Below, piece after piece: positions 20,157-28,928 of a DNA stretch of 42,980 nucleotides (position 1 is the first letter of the stretch; each line of letters starts with the position of its first letter). Both the position numbers and the translations under genes were made by a program. Below the pieces are notes generated by a model that saw only the letters and a list, made by a program, of their open reading frames with translations, had not been told where the DNA came from and did not search any database. Source of the DNA: Alphaproteobacteria bacterium UBA3002 (lineage in GTDB: Bacteria; Pseudomonadota; Alphaproteobacteria; Rickettsiales; UBA3002); contig DDZS01000050.1 of the NCBI GenBank assembly GCA_002346425.1, positions 2,023-45,002 of the forward strand, in the 5' to 3' direction.

Positions 20157-20855
20157 TTAATCGTTGCGTAATAACGCTTCGATATCGGAGTCGCTGAGAT
20201 TTTTTGGCTGCGGTTGAGGGGCTGGCTCTTCTTTGACTTCTGGTGCCACCTCTGCTTCTGCACTAGCCATCGCCTCCGGTTCCATCTCGATCAACTCTTC
20301 CGCCTCGGCAGCTTGCGCCACCATTTCTGCAGGCGTCTCGTCGATCGCGACGTCATTTGTCTCTAGGACTTCATCAGAAACGTGAGTGAGCGCATCGGGT
20401 TCTTCTTGCGCAATAGCTGCCGGTACCGATTCTGCGGCCACTTTCACGCCGAATGCTTCGGTAATCGCTATATCGGTAAATCCTTCTTTGTGGCGTTCGG
20501 CATCATAGCGTTCCATCACTTCACGATCTAAAAAGCTCACGCCTTTTTTCTTGGTATCTGAACGATATTCCACCGTTTCTTCGCTCGCCTGTAATTCGCT
20601 TTCGCTCAAGGCGGGATAGATTTCCATCATTTCTCGCTGAATTTTCCATGGTGAGGTCACACCTGCTTTTTCCATGGCCTCTAGCGCCGAACTTGCCAAT
20701 ACATGGGTGTAAGTCTTGGCATCGGTATACACACGGTATTTCGATACATCCCCATGTGCAAAACGATTCCGCTTCAAGACAATCGCATCCAGGCCTACGG
20801 GTAATTTCATATCGTGTTGCCCACCGGTAAAATTCTGTTCTACAGCGTTATCCAA
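20157..20855 (-). CDS. Hypothetical protein: small N-terminal domain, acidic linker, C-terminal LSDSDIEALL motif
   Basis: 232-aa ORF overlapping the PAS gene end; start is either TTG 20855 or ATG 20810. Confidence 0.7.
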   Translation of the reverse strand: MDNAVEQNFTGGQHDMKLPVGLDAIVLKRNRFAHGDVSKYRVYTDAKTYTHVLASSALEAMEKAGVTSPWKIQREMMEIYPALSESELQASEETVEYRSDTKKKGVSFLDREVMERYDAERHKEGFTDIAITEAFGVKVAAESVPAAIAQEEPDALTHVSDEVLETNDVAIDETPAEMVAQAAEAEELIEMEPEAMASAEAEVAPEVKEEPAPQPQPKNLSDSDIEALLRND

Positions 20856-21283
20856 CGCATCCCCCCAATAATATAGCTGACTTCTTCCGTCGAATCATTG
20901 CCTAAAGGCAATAGACAGGTACGTGATTTAATCAGCATGACCGATTGATTGGTAAATTCGATATCCTCTTGCAGAGGCTCTTTCGTCTCTACCACCCGAT
21001 TAAATTTCTGGATAAGCAGATCATTCGCCGGATAGGCCAATGTTTCGCACACTTCTTTGTCTGTGCTTTGCGCGCCATATGCCTCAACCAGCTTTGGACC
21101 CAGATAGATATATTTAAACGTCACCGCATCATCTTCATCGCGGCGGACCAATAGACATGAATCCCAGATATCCTTCAGTTCCTCAGGCGCAATCTCGTTT
21201 TCCAGCGGAAAAGGACGCCCCGCTTTCAGATTATTCCAGTAAGCCGTCAGTTTTTCGTCAATTCGTTTTTTATTCTGAAACAT
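20840..21283 (-). CDS. Stand-alone PAS-domain protein (PAS_5/DUF1457-like)
   Basis: L.AYWNNLKAGRPFP...EIAPEEL, FKYIYLG.KL.E.YG and LLPLG pattern; GAGGG SD and TATACT upstream. Confidence 0.8.
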   Translation of the reverse strand: MFQNKKRIDEKLTAYWNNLKAGRPFPLENEIAPEELKDIWDSCLLVRRDEDDAVTFKYIYLGPKLVEAYGAQSTDKEVCETLAYPANDLLIQKFNRVVETKEPLQEDIEFTNQSVMLIKSRTCLLPLGNDSTEEVSYIIGGMRWITL

Positions 21284-21326
21284 AGTCCCTCGTGTTTCGC
21301 GCAGTATACCATGCTGGGCTGCACGG

Positions 21327-22556
21327 TTAACTGTTTTTTTCTAAAACTCGTCCTGCCAGATAGAGAGAACCGGTAATCAACACGCGTTCTCCTGCTTTGG
21401 CACAGGCAACAGCCCCTCGCACCGCCTCATCCAAATGCGCATAAGCAGTGACATCGCTACGCAAGCTTTGTGCCGAATCCCGCAAAGCGTTTAGCGACTG
21501 ACTTAAAGGCTCATCAGGAATCTCCATCACATGGCAAGAGGCAATAACGGGTGCTAATGGCGCTAAAAATTCCTGCACTGCATGACCTTCCGACATGCTA
21601 AACACAAGGTGAACCGGCGTTTCTTCCGCAGTGATCCACCGCGCCAGCTCTACGGCTGCCGGGCCGTTATGCCCGCTGTCCAGCCATATTTCGCATTCTT
21701 GTGCGTGTGCAATTTCCACTAAGGCTCCCTGCTCTAGCTTTTGCAACCGCGCCGGCCATCGTGCGGCAATGAAATGCTGTTCTGGCTGCTCTAGCTTTGC
21801 AAATCCCTGGGTTTGTAAATAGTGCAAGGCAGTCAGTGCGGTCGTCGCATTGTCTCTTTGATGTGCCCCAGCCAATCCTAGCGGGACGTCTGGAAGCGTG
21901 GCACGCGGCAATACCGCACTTGCCCGCTCATCTGCAACTTGGCGTATCACGTCTTCGGCCCCGTCATCTTGATGCGCAAGCACGCAGGGCACATAGTGTT
22001 TAATAATACCCGCTTTTTCATATGCGATGGCTCCCAGCGTCGTCCCCAGATACGCCTGATGGTCAAGCCCAACAGGGGTAATTACTGAAAGCAGGGGCGT
22101 GACCACATTCGTCGCATCAAAACGCCCGCCCATTCCTACTTCCAACAAACAAATATCGGCAGGCGTGGCGGCAAATAGCTCAAACGCAGCGACGGTCAAC
22201 GCCTCAAAATAAGTAAGCGGAAACACTTGGTTACGTATGCGCACCTGCTGCAACTGTTGATACAGTATTTCTTCCGATACGGGTACTCCTGCCAGCACAA
22301 ATCGTTCGGTGATCGATACCAAGTGCGGCGAGGTATAGACATGGCACCGATACCCAGCGCCCTCTAACGCCGCGCGTATAAACGCGATGGTCGATCCTTT
22401 GCCATTCGTACCGGCGACATGCACCACCGAAGGTAGCTTGCGCTCGGGATGAGCAATCGCCGCCAAATGTGCTTCGACGCGGCCTAGCGACAAATCGATC
22501 GCTTTTAACCCGGGATGCATCAGCGATTGCAGGAGGGCCTGCATCGATTCGCTCAT
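21327..22556 (-). CDS. folC: Folylpolyglutamate synthase / dihydrofolate synthase
   Basis: HVAGTNGKGS, YTSPHL, EVGMGGRFDATN and ITGSLYLAG motifs. Confidence 0.95.
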   Translation of the reverse strand: MSESMQALLQSLMHPGLKAIDLSLGRVEAHLAAIAHPERKLPSVVHVAGTNGKGSTIAFIRAALEGAGYRCHVYTSPHLVSITERFVLAGVPVSEEILYQQLQQVRIRNQVFPLTYFEALTVAAFELFAATPADICLLEVGMGGRFDATNVVTPLLSVITPVGLDHQAYLGTTLGAIAYEKAGIIKHYVPCVLAHQDDGAEDVIRQVADERASAVLPRATLPDVPLGLAGAHQRDNATTALTALHYLQTQGFAKLEQPEQHFIAARWPARLQKLEQGALVEIAHAQECEIWLDSGHNGPAAVELARWITAEETPVHLVFSMSEGHAVQEFLAPLAPVIASCHVMEIPDEPLSQSLNALRDSAQSLRSDVTAYAHLDEAVRGAVACAKAGERVLITGSLYLAGRVLEKNS

Positions 22557-23341
22557 TGCAGCGCCTCGAACATACGGTAATGCCCAGCGATATCGTGGAC
22601 GCGCAGATAGTCTACTCCTTGCGCTGCCAGACTAGCCGACACGCAACGCGTCAATTCATCGCGCGGTGACGTGATCTGCTGGGTAAACAATGTCAGGAAG
22701 GATTTCCGCGAATGACCGATAATGATTCTCGCTTCCCCTCGCCATTCTTCGATATGTTGCAGCAACGCCCAGGATTGACGAGGAGATTTACCAAAGCCGA
22801 CGCCCGGATCCAGAATAATACGTTCGGTAGCGATGCCCATCTGATTTAACTCTTGCGTGGTGTTGCGACACCAGTCGCGCATGAATGCGATGATATCCAC
22901 CTCGGGGGGAAGCACTTGCCCTTTTACGACCGGTACATCCAGCGCATGCATCACCACCACATGGCACTCGCTTTGCACGACGATGTCACGCATCGCCGGA
23001 TGGCGTAAACCCGAGACATCATTCACCCAGTCGACACCTGCTTCCACGGCTTTTTTCATATTTTCCGGATGGTAGCTATCCAAACTGACACGTACGTCTT
23101 GCTCATGACATTGCTGGATGATATCAGCTAATACCGGCTCCAGCCGAGCCCATTCCGCTTCATACGACAAAGGTGTGGCACCGGGGCGCGTTGATTCTGC
23201 CCCGATATCAATAATCGACGCCCCATCTAAGATTAGTTCATTGACGTGATCGAGCACCTCTTCCGCATCCTGATGCTGGCCACCATCGGAAAATGAATCG
23301 GGCGTGACGTTAATCACCCCCATTAACTGGGGAAATGCCAT
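22553..23341 (-). CDS. folP: Dihydropteroate synthase
   Basis: MGVINVTPDSFSDGG, GAESTRPG, DPGVGFGK, GHSRKSF and RVHD motifs. Start at ATG 23341 (TAATG overlap with folK). Confidence 0.94.
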   Translation of the reverse strand: MAFPQLMGVINVTPDSFSDGGQHQDAEEVLDHVNELILDGASIIDIGAESTRPGATPLSYEAEWARLEPVLADIIQQCHEQDVRVSLDSYHPENMKKAVEAGVDWVNDVSGLRHPAMRDIVVQSECHVVVMHALDVPVVKGQVLPPEVDIIAFMRDWCRNTTQELNQMGIATERIILDPGVGFGKSPRQSWALLQHIEEWRGEARIIIGHSRKSFLTLFTQQITSPRDELTRCVSASLAAQGVDYLRVHDIAGHYRMFEALQ

Positions 23342-23859
23342 TATGCTGCGTGCGAATAGATGGGGTGACAGGTGGTTTGCTCTAATTTGTAGAGATATTC
23401 TCGCACTTTTGTGCCCGAGGGCGGCAATCGGTAATCCGCCGCCACATCGCACCAAGGCATTAAGACGAAATCACGAAGATGTGCAGAAGGATGCGGCAAT
23501 GTCAATTCGGCTTCCTGAATATGACAATTTCCATAGGCCAGAAGGTCGATATCGATCTCCCGCGGCCCCCAATGGCCGCGCACCTGTTTTCCCAACTGCT
23601 CCTCAATCTGCTGCATCGCATGCAGTAATTCATAAGGAGGCAAAGTGGTATGAAAGGTGGCTACCGCATTGATAAAAGGCTGATCCCAATCCTTTGGCGC
23701 GGTCTCCGGTAACAGCGCCGGGCTTTCATACAGCCGCGACGTTGCGATCAGACGTGTGTGCGGCAAAGCGTCGATCGCGCGAATGGCTTTAAAAATCGCC
23801 TGTTCGCGCAAGCCCACATTGCTGCCTAGCCCGATATACACGGTCGACATTCCTGACAT
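23341..23859 (-). CDS. folK: 6-hydroxymethyl-7,8-dihydropterin pyrophosphokinase
   Basis: YIGLGSNVG, WGPREIDIDLL and LPHP..RDFVL motifs. Start is 23859 or 23850; the longer ORF extension overlaps pabC and was rejected. Confidence 0.93.
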   Translation of the reverse strand: MSGMSTVYIGLGSNVGLREQAIFKAIRAIDALPHTRLIATSRLYESPALLPETAPKDWDQPFINAVATFHTTLPPYELLHAMQQIEEQLGKQVRGHWGPREIDIDLLAYGNCHIQEAELTLPHPSAHLRDFVLMPWCDVAADYRLPPSGTKVREYLYKLEQTTCHPIYSHAA

Positions 23860-23892
23860 GACTTCCTGCATGCCAGCCACTATAGAGAAAAG

Positions 23893-24714
23893 ATGCGATT
23901 TGTCTATGCCAACGGCACTATCGGACCGGAGTCTGCCGCGTATATCCCGGTAGACGATCGGGGATTCCGCCTCGGCGATGGGGTGTTTGATACGTTGCCG
24001 GTGCATTTTGGCCGCGTCTACCAACTGGATTTTCATATTGAGCGCCTGAGAAAAGCCATGCACGCCATTGCGCTGCCTATCGTTACGATAGATTGGGAAA
24101 GCGCAATTCAAGAAGTTATTACTCGGAATGCCGTCACCACCGGATTTGTGCGTATTACTGTCAGCCGCGGTAGCGGAAGTCTGGGCTATCGGCCACTTCC
24201 CGACATTCAACCTCTAATTGTGATTGAAGCCTCAAAAACGCTAGAAAAAAGTGAGACGCAGCCCCTAACCCTTGGTCTCGCTCAGACACGCAAAATTCCC
24301 CTTAGGTGCTTACCAGTCAACCACAAGCTCACCCACGGATTAAACAGCATGCTCGCATTGCAGGAAGCGCCCGATTGCGATGATATGCTGGTGCTCAACG
24401 TCGATGACACGCTCAGCGAAACCGCCACGGCGAACCTGTTTTGGATTAAGGACACCACCATCTTCACGCCGCCGCTCACCAGCGGCTGCCTGAATGGTGC
24501 CACGCGCCACGCGGTCATGCGGCTTCATGCCGTCACCGAAAAAACCGGCACGCTGGAAGATATTCGTGCGGCGGAAGCCGTTTTTATTACCAATAGCCGT
24601 CTAGGGGTCGCACCGGTTAGTTCTCTTCGATCACTCAAAGAGTGGGCGGATGAGCACCCGTTAATCACAGCTTTAAGACAAGCCTACCGGCAGGACATTG
24701 GCTATGCGCTCTAG
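23893..24714 (+). CDS. pabC: Class IV PLP enzyme, probable aminodeoxychorismate lyase
   Basis: DRGFRLGDGVFDT, ETATANLFW, CLNGATR and FITNS motifs. The pabC call rests on folate-gene context. Confidence 0.8.
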   Translation: MRFVYANGTIGPESAAYIPVDDRGFRLGDGVFDTLPVHFGRVYQLDFHIERLRKAMHAIALPIVTIDWESAIQEVITRNAVTTGFVRITVSRGSGSLGYRPLPDIQPLIVIEASKTLEKSETQPLTLGLAQTRKIPLRCLPVNHKLTHGLNSMLALQEAPDCDDMLVLNVDDTLSETATANLFWIKDTTIFTPPLTSGCLNGATRHAVMRLHAVTEKTGTLEDIRAAEAVFITNSRLGVAPVSSLRSLKEWADEHPLITALRQAYRQDIGYAL

Positions 24715-25882
24715 CCGTCAAGCGGTGCTCGATCGCTTAACGCCCGAAACCTATGGCACGCATTGGATGCTATGCTTTTCCGGTATGGCCTCGCAAAATA
24801 GCGGGACGCAGTCATTTCTAGCCACCCACCCGCGCCATCTCTTGACTGGCCAGCATTACACGCAATTGCCCACAGAAGGGCTATGGTTTGGCGGGCTGGG
24901 TTATGGCATGCGCTGCGATACGGAAGCGCTACCGCGTGGCAAGCCACCCACCATCTCTTTGCCTGATCTCCATCTTTTCCAGCCAGCGAAGGTCGAATCC
25001 TGGCAACATGATGAAGACGAGACGATATCTGCCGAAGCAAGCACCGTTAGTGTCAACACATTGCATAGTAATATGAGCAAGCAAGCCTATCTGGCGCGCG
25101 TGGAAGCGACCTTAGAACATATCGCTGCCGGAAATGTGTATCAGGCCAATATCACTCGGAAATTCTATGGCGAGTTTGACCAAGCGCCGGACCCCGTTGC
25201 GTTATTCAAACGCCTATGCGCGATTAGCCCCTCGCCCTATGCCGCGCTGATGCGCTGGGAAAATGTGTGGGTGCTTTCCTCTTCGCCCGAAGGCTTCGTG
25301 CAAGGAGATGCAGCGGGGCGTCTGGTTGTTCGACCCATCAAAGGCACGGGCAGCAAAGACAATGCTGCGCTGGAGGAAAGCGCGAAAGACCGCGCCGAAA
25401 ATCTGATGATCGTCGACTTAATGCGAAACGATCTGGCGCGCATTTGTGACCCGGAGAGCGTGCGGGTCGAAGCCCTGTGTGAGATTCACGAATTCGCCAC
25501 GCTGCGGCAGATGATCTCGACCATTTCTGGCCAGCGCCGAAACGGATGTGGGTTTTCGGAGATCTTACCGGCATTATTCCCTCCTGGATCGATGACCGGT
25601 GCGCCGAAAATCGCCGCCATGCGCTGGTGCGATGCGCAGGAAGGCATGGAGCGCGGCCTATACAGTGGTGCCTTGGGCTGGCTAAATGCGGACGACCTGA
25701 GTTGCGACCTCTCAGTGGTCATCCGCACCCTACTGCTTCAAGGCAACCGATTTGAATTTCAGGTGGGCGGCGGCATCGTCGCCGATTCGGACCCTGAAGC
25801 CGAATGGCGCGAAAGTCTTCTAAAAGCGCAAGCCATTTGCCGGTTGCTTGGCTTGCCAGAATCGCGTTTAACCCAGCTATGA
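24704..25882 (+). CDS. pabB: Aminodeoxychorismate synthase component I (chorismate-binding family)
   Basis: YQANIT, SSSPE, RPIKGT (PabB-type Lys), ENLMIVDLMRND, PPGSMTGAPK and GGGIVADS motifs. Confidence 0.88.
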   Translation: MRSSRQAVLDRLTPETYGTHWMLCFSGMASQNSGTQSFLATHPRHLLTGQHYTQLPTEGLWFGGLGYGMRCDTEALPRGKPPTISLPDLHLFQPAKVESWQHDEDETISAEASTVSVNTLHSNMSKQAYLARVEATLEHIAAGNVYQANITRKFYGEFDQAPDPVALFKRLCAISPSPYAALMRWENVWVLSSSPEGFVQGDAAGRLVVRPIKGTGSKDNAALEESAKDRAENLMIVDLMRNDLARICDPESVRVEALCEIHEFATLRQMISTISGQRRNGCGFSEILPALFPPGSMTGAPKIAAMRWCDAQEGMERGLYSGALGWLNADDLSCDLSVVIRTLLLQGNRFEFQVGGGIVADSDPEAEWRESLLKAQAICRLLGLPESRLTQL

Positions 25883-26508
25883 ATTTGCCTTCTGCCAATT
25901 GCCCCCTCTGCCCGCGTCTGGTGAAATTTCGCGAAGCCAATCAGGCCGCGTATCCGACATTTTATAATGGCGTGGTACCGCCATTCGGCTCTGAAAACGC
26001 CGAGCTTTTGATCGTCGGGTTAGCACCGGGATTAAAAGGGGCAAATGCGACAGGACGCCCTTTTACCGGCGATTACGCCGGGGATGTGCTCTATCCTGCT
26101 TTGCTGAAATATGGGCTGGCCGAAGGTATCTATCAGCAACACCCTCAAGATGGACTGGAATTGAAGAATACGCGGATCACCAACGCGGTGCGCTGTGTGC
26201 CGCCAGAGAATAAACCTACTACACCGGAAATTGCCACCTGCAATCCATTTTTGCGTCAGGAACTAGAGGACATGCCGCATCTGCGCGTCATATTAAGCCT
26301 CGGCAGTATTTCGCATAAAGCGGTGTTAAAAACATTGGGCTATAAGCAATCGCATGCGCCATTTCAGCATAGCGCGGTGCATCCATTGGGTGCATATACC
26401 TTGCTGAATAGCTACCACACTTCGCGTTACAATATTAATACCGGACGTTTAACCGTTGAGATGTTCGATGCCATTATCTTGCAAGCAAAATATTTACTGA
26501 CCCGCTAG
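25879..26508 (+). CDS. Uracil-DNA glycosylase, family 5 (UdgB-like, Fe-S)
   Basis: CPLCPRL, GLAPGLKGANATGRPFTGD, RCVPPENKP and SYHTSRYN motifs; ATGA overlap with pabB. Confidence 0.9.
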   Translation: MNLPSANCPLCPRLVKFREANQAAYPTFYNGVVPPFGSENAELLIVGLAPGLKGANATGRPFTGDYAGDVLYPALLKYGLAEGIYQQHPQDGLELKNTRITNAVRCVPPENKPTTPEIATCNPFLRQELEDMPHLRVILSLGSISHKAVLKTLGYKQSHAPFQHSAVHPLGAYTLLNSYHTSRYNINTGRLTVEMFDAIILQAKYLLTR

Positions 26509-27101
26509 AACAAGTCTTTGATGCCCTTGGTCATTCCATCAAACCATCCACCGCCTCGGCTGCTGATGTTACAGGCAGGCACGGCGGTTTTACGCAATTT
26601 GCACCAACCGCCATCGCTTTTTTGACACGCAATGCCATCTAACGATTGTTGCACTTGTCCGACTTTTAAGCGTTCGCGGAAGCGGCGGCAGGTGCCGCCT
26701 AGATTATTTTTAAACGGTTTTCCGGGAATAATCGCGCCACGAATATTGCCGTGATATTCCCATGTATAGGTTTCGTTTGTCGCCTGATTATCCATCACCC
26801 AGTAATAAATCTTGCTATAATAGGCGAGTTGCTCCTCATCCATTCGGGGGACGAGATCGCTGGCAAAGGCGCTATTTCCGTCTTCCTTCTTGGTGACTTT
26901 TTCCTGCATCACGCCATTAGGCACTGGCGTTGCCGGGGCTTTTTCTTCCTCGTCAGAACATTGATATAAAACAATAATAGCCACGATTGCTGCCAGTAAA
27001 AACCAGCCATGTTTTTTCAATAGGTAAATGGGATAAACCATCAACCGATTGAGAATAAAATACAGATTGATCAGGATGCGGACAAAGACCGGCTTGACCA
27101 T
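26505..27101 (-). CDS. Membrane-anchored surface protein, RT0821/17-kDa-antigen-like C-terminal domain
   Basis: N-terminal hydrophobic segments; W..GNIRG, CRRF and GIACQKSDGGW pattern. Confidence 0.7.
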   Translation of the reverse strand: MVKPVFVRILINLYFILNRLMVYPIYLLKKHGWFLLAAIVAIIVLYQCSDEEEKAPATPVPNGVMQEKVTKKEDGNSAFASDLVPRMDEEQLAYYSKIYYWVMDNQATNETYTWEYHGNIRGAIIPGKPFKNNLGGTCRRFRERLKVGQVQQSLDGIACQKSDGGWCKLRKTAVPACNISSRGGGWFDGMTKGIKDLF

Positions 27102-27102
27102 C

Positions 27103-27645
27103 CTATAGTGTCAGCCACTGCTTCAGCTGCGCAAAATCGCCGGTGTAATCATATAGGTCACGCGTGACTTCACGCGCGAATTTTTGCGTGATGATATGAT
27201 CCATCAACGCAATCAAATGATCCCAGTAGCCGTCATAATTATAAATATAGACCGGCTTGCCATGTTGATTTAACTGACGCCAGGTCAGGATTTCAAACAT
27301 CTCATCCATGGTGCCAAAACCACCGGGCAGAATCACAAACGCATCCGAGGCGTCATACATCTTTTGCTTCCGCTCATGCATGGTATCCACCATGACAATC
27401 TCACTTAGCGCATCGTGCTCTTCTTCAAAATTACGCAAGAAGCGCGGGAACACGCCGTAAACATTACCGCCAGCAGCCAGCGCTGAATTCGCCACCGCGC
27501 CCATCACGCCGCAATTGGCACCGCCATATACTAGGCGTTTCTTGGCTTCGGCAATCGCCGTGCCTACTTCTTGTCCAATGCGTTTGAATTTATCATCCAC
27601 CACGTCCTGCGCTCCGCAGAACACACAAATCGAATTAATAGTCAT
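27103..27645 (-). CDS. LOG-family nucleotide phosphoribohydrolase (TIGR00730 type)
   Basis: ICVFCG, LVYGG..GVMG, MHERK and LPGGFGTMDE motifs. Confidence 0.92.
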   Translation of the reverse strand: MTINSICVFCGAQDVVDDKFKRIGQEVGTAIAEAKKRLVYGGANCGVMGAVANSALAAGGNVYGVFPRFLRNFEEEHDALSEIVMVDTMHERKQKMYDASDAFVILPGGFGTMDEMFEILTWRQLNQHGKPVYIYNYDGYWDHLIALMDHIITQKFAREVTRDLYDYTGDFAQLKQWLTL

Positions 27646-27681
27646 GTAGTCAGGGTACTCTTCACTTCTGTTTATTGTTCA

Positions 27682-28848
27682 TTATAGATATGTCACATCG
27701 CTTTTAGGTTCGGCAACCGGAACCACGCTTTCTTCGCCATCAATCGTGATTTGTTGCAGGCTTTCCTCACGTTGTGTGACATAGCTGGCAAATTGGCGCG
27801 CGGTACGATGGGAGAGAAATGCAGTAAAGAAATGCGCACCCAGCACAATGACCGCCAGACCAATCGCCATCACCATCGTTTTATTATCAACGGGTATCGA
27901 TTCTTCTATCAATGCTTTATAGAGCAGAATGGTGGAGGACAAAGCGATGAACACGAACCAGAACATCGCCAGATGGCGGAACCATTCCATCGATTGCAGC
28001 AGCTCTTCGCTTAATTCCCGTTCAGAACTAGCCAGTGCGTAAAGCTTATTCTTCTTTAGCATCAGCTGGCGCTTTTGCTCTTTCACACTGCCCTCAAAAT
28101 GCGTCACTTCTTCGCGGACTTTTTCCAGATTCTCGATTTCTTCGCGGACCGATTGGCGCTCCCACTCCATCGACGCGCTTTGATACGAAGGGTCCAGCTC
28201 AACCACACCGCGGAAGTCGGTATCGGTAAACAATACTTTATCGAAAGACGCGCCACGCATGAGCGCGCCATTCAACGAAGCTTCGCGAAAACGCGTATAA
28301 TCGAAGATGCAATCGCGACAATCCGTATCGTCCAGCCGCGCCTGATCGAACAAACATTCACTGGCTTTGCTATAACGCAAGCTCGCTTTGGTCATATTCG
28401 CCCCGATGAAACGGCTACGCGTCAGCAAGGCATCGCGGAAGTTTGCGCCCGACATATTCGCCTGACCGGCACTGCTCTCTTCCAGCATCGCAGCAGAGAA
28501 ATTGGCTGTAATGGCGCTACAATCATCAAAATAGGCATGCTTCGCTTGAGTGCGAGACAGATTGGCGCCATCCAGTTTAGCATGTTTAAAATTGGTGTTT
28601 TCCAGCACGGCTTCTGACAAATCCGCCCCCTGCAGGTCGCATTTGCTCATGTTTGCGCCAGAAAGATTGGCGCCACGTAAGTTGATTTCCGGCATCCAGG
28701 TGCCTTGCAGGTCCTGCCCACTCAAATCCGCGCCTGCCAGATTAGCACGACGCCCTTCCCGGCCTTCGGTTTGCAACCAAAGATGGTGTTGTTCTATCGT
28801 TTGTTGTAGCGGGGAAATAGATTCCGCCTGTGCTCTGTTGGCTATCAT
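27682..28848 (-). CDS. Pentapeptide-repeat protein with coiled coil and two TM helices
   Basis: A(D/N)LxG-type repeats over about residues 35-215, a charged heptad region, then two hydrophobic helices. Confidence 0.88.
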   Translation of the reverse strand: MIANRAQAESISPLQQTIEQHHLWLQTEGREGRRANLAGADLSGQDLQGTWMPEINLRGANLSGANMSKCDLQGADLSEAVLENTNFKHAKLDGANLSRTQAKHAYFDDCSAITANFSAAMLEESSAGQANMSGANFRDALLTRSRFIGANMTKASLRYSKASECLFDQARLDDTDCRDCIFDYTRFREASLNGALMRGASFDKVLFTDTDFRGVVELDPSYQSASMEWERQSVREEIENLEKVREEVTHFEGSVKEQKRQLMLKKNKLYALASSERELSEELLQSMEWFRHLAMFWFVFIALSSTILLYKALIEESIPVDNKTMVMAIGLAVIVLGAHFFTAFLSHRTARQFASYVTQREESLQQITIDGEESVVPVAEPKSDVTYL

Positions 28849-28928
28849 GGCACATCCTTTAATGATTTTTTACCATTCTATAACGGCTAGCGCTTGGCTT
28901 TGCAGCTTTTTTCTTGCATCTTTCCGCC

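Noticed and set aside
23860-24210. N-terminal extension of FolK, and similar ORF-track extensions of metG, queC, queF, folP, the UDG gene and rmuC
   Set aside because: Most of these extensions overlap neighbouring genes, and all precede the family's conserved N-terminus; downstream ATGs fit better.
27103-27645. LOG gene as a SLOG-based anti-phage system
   Set aside because: It is a classical stand-alone LOG with no TIR, Sir2 or other effector domain adjacent.
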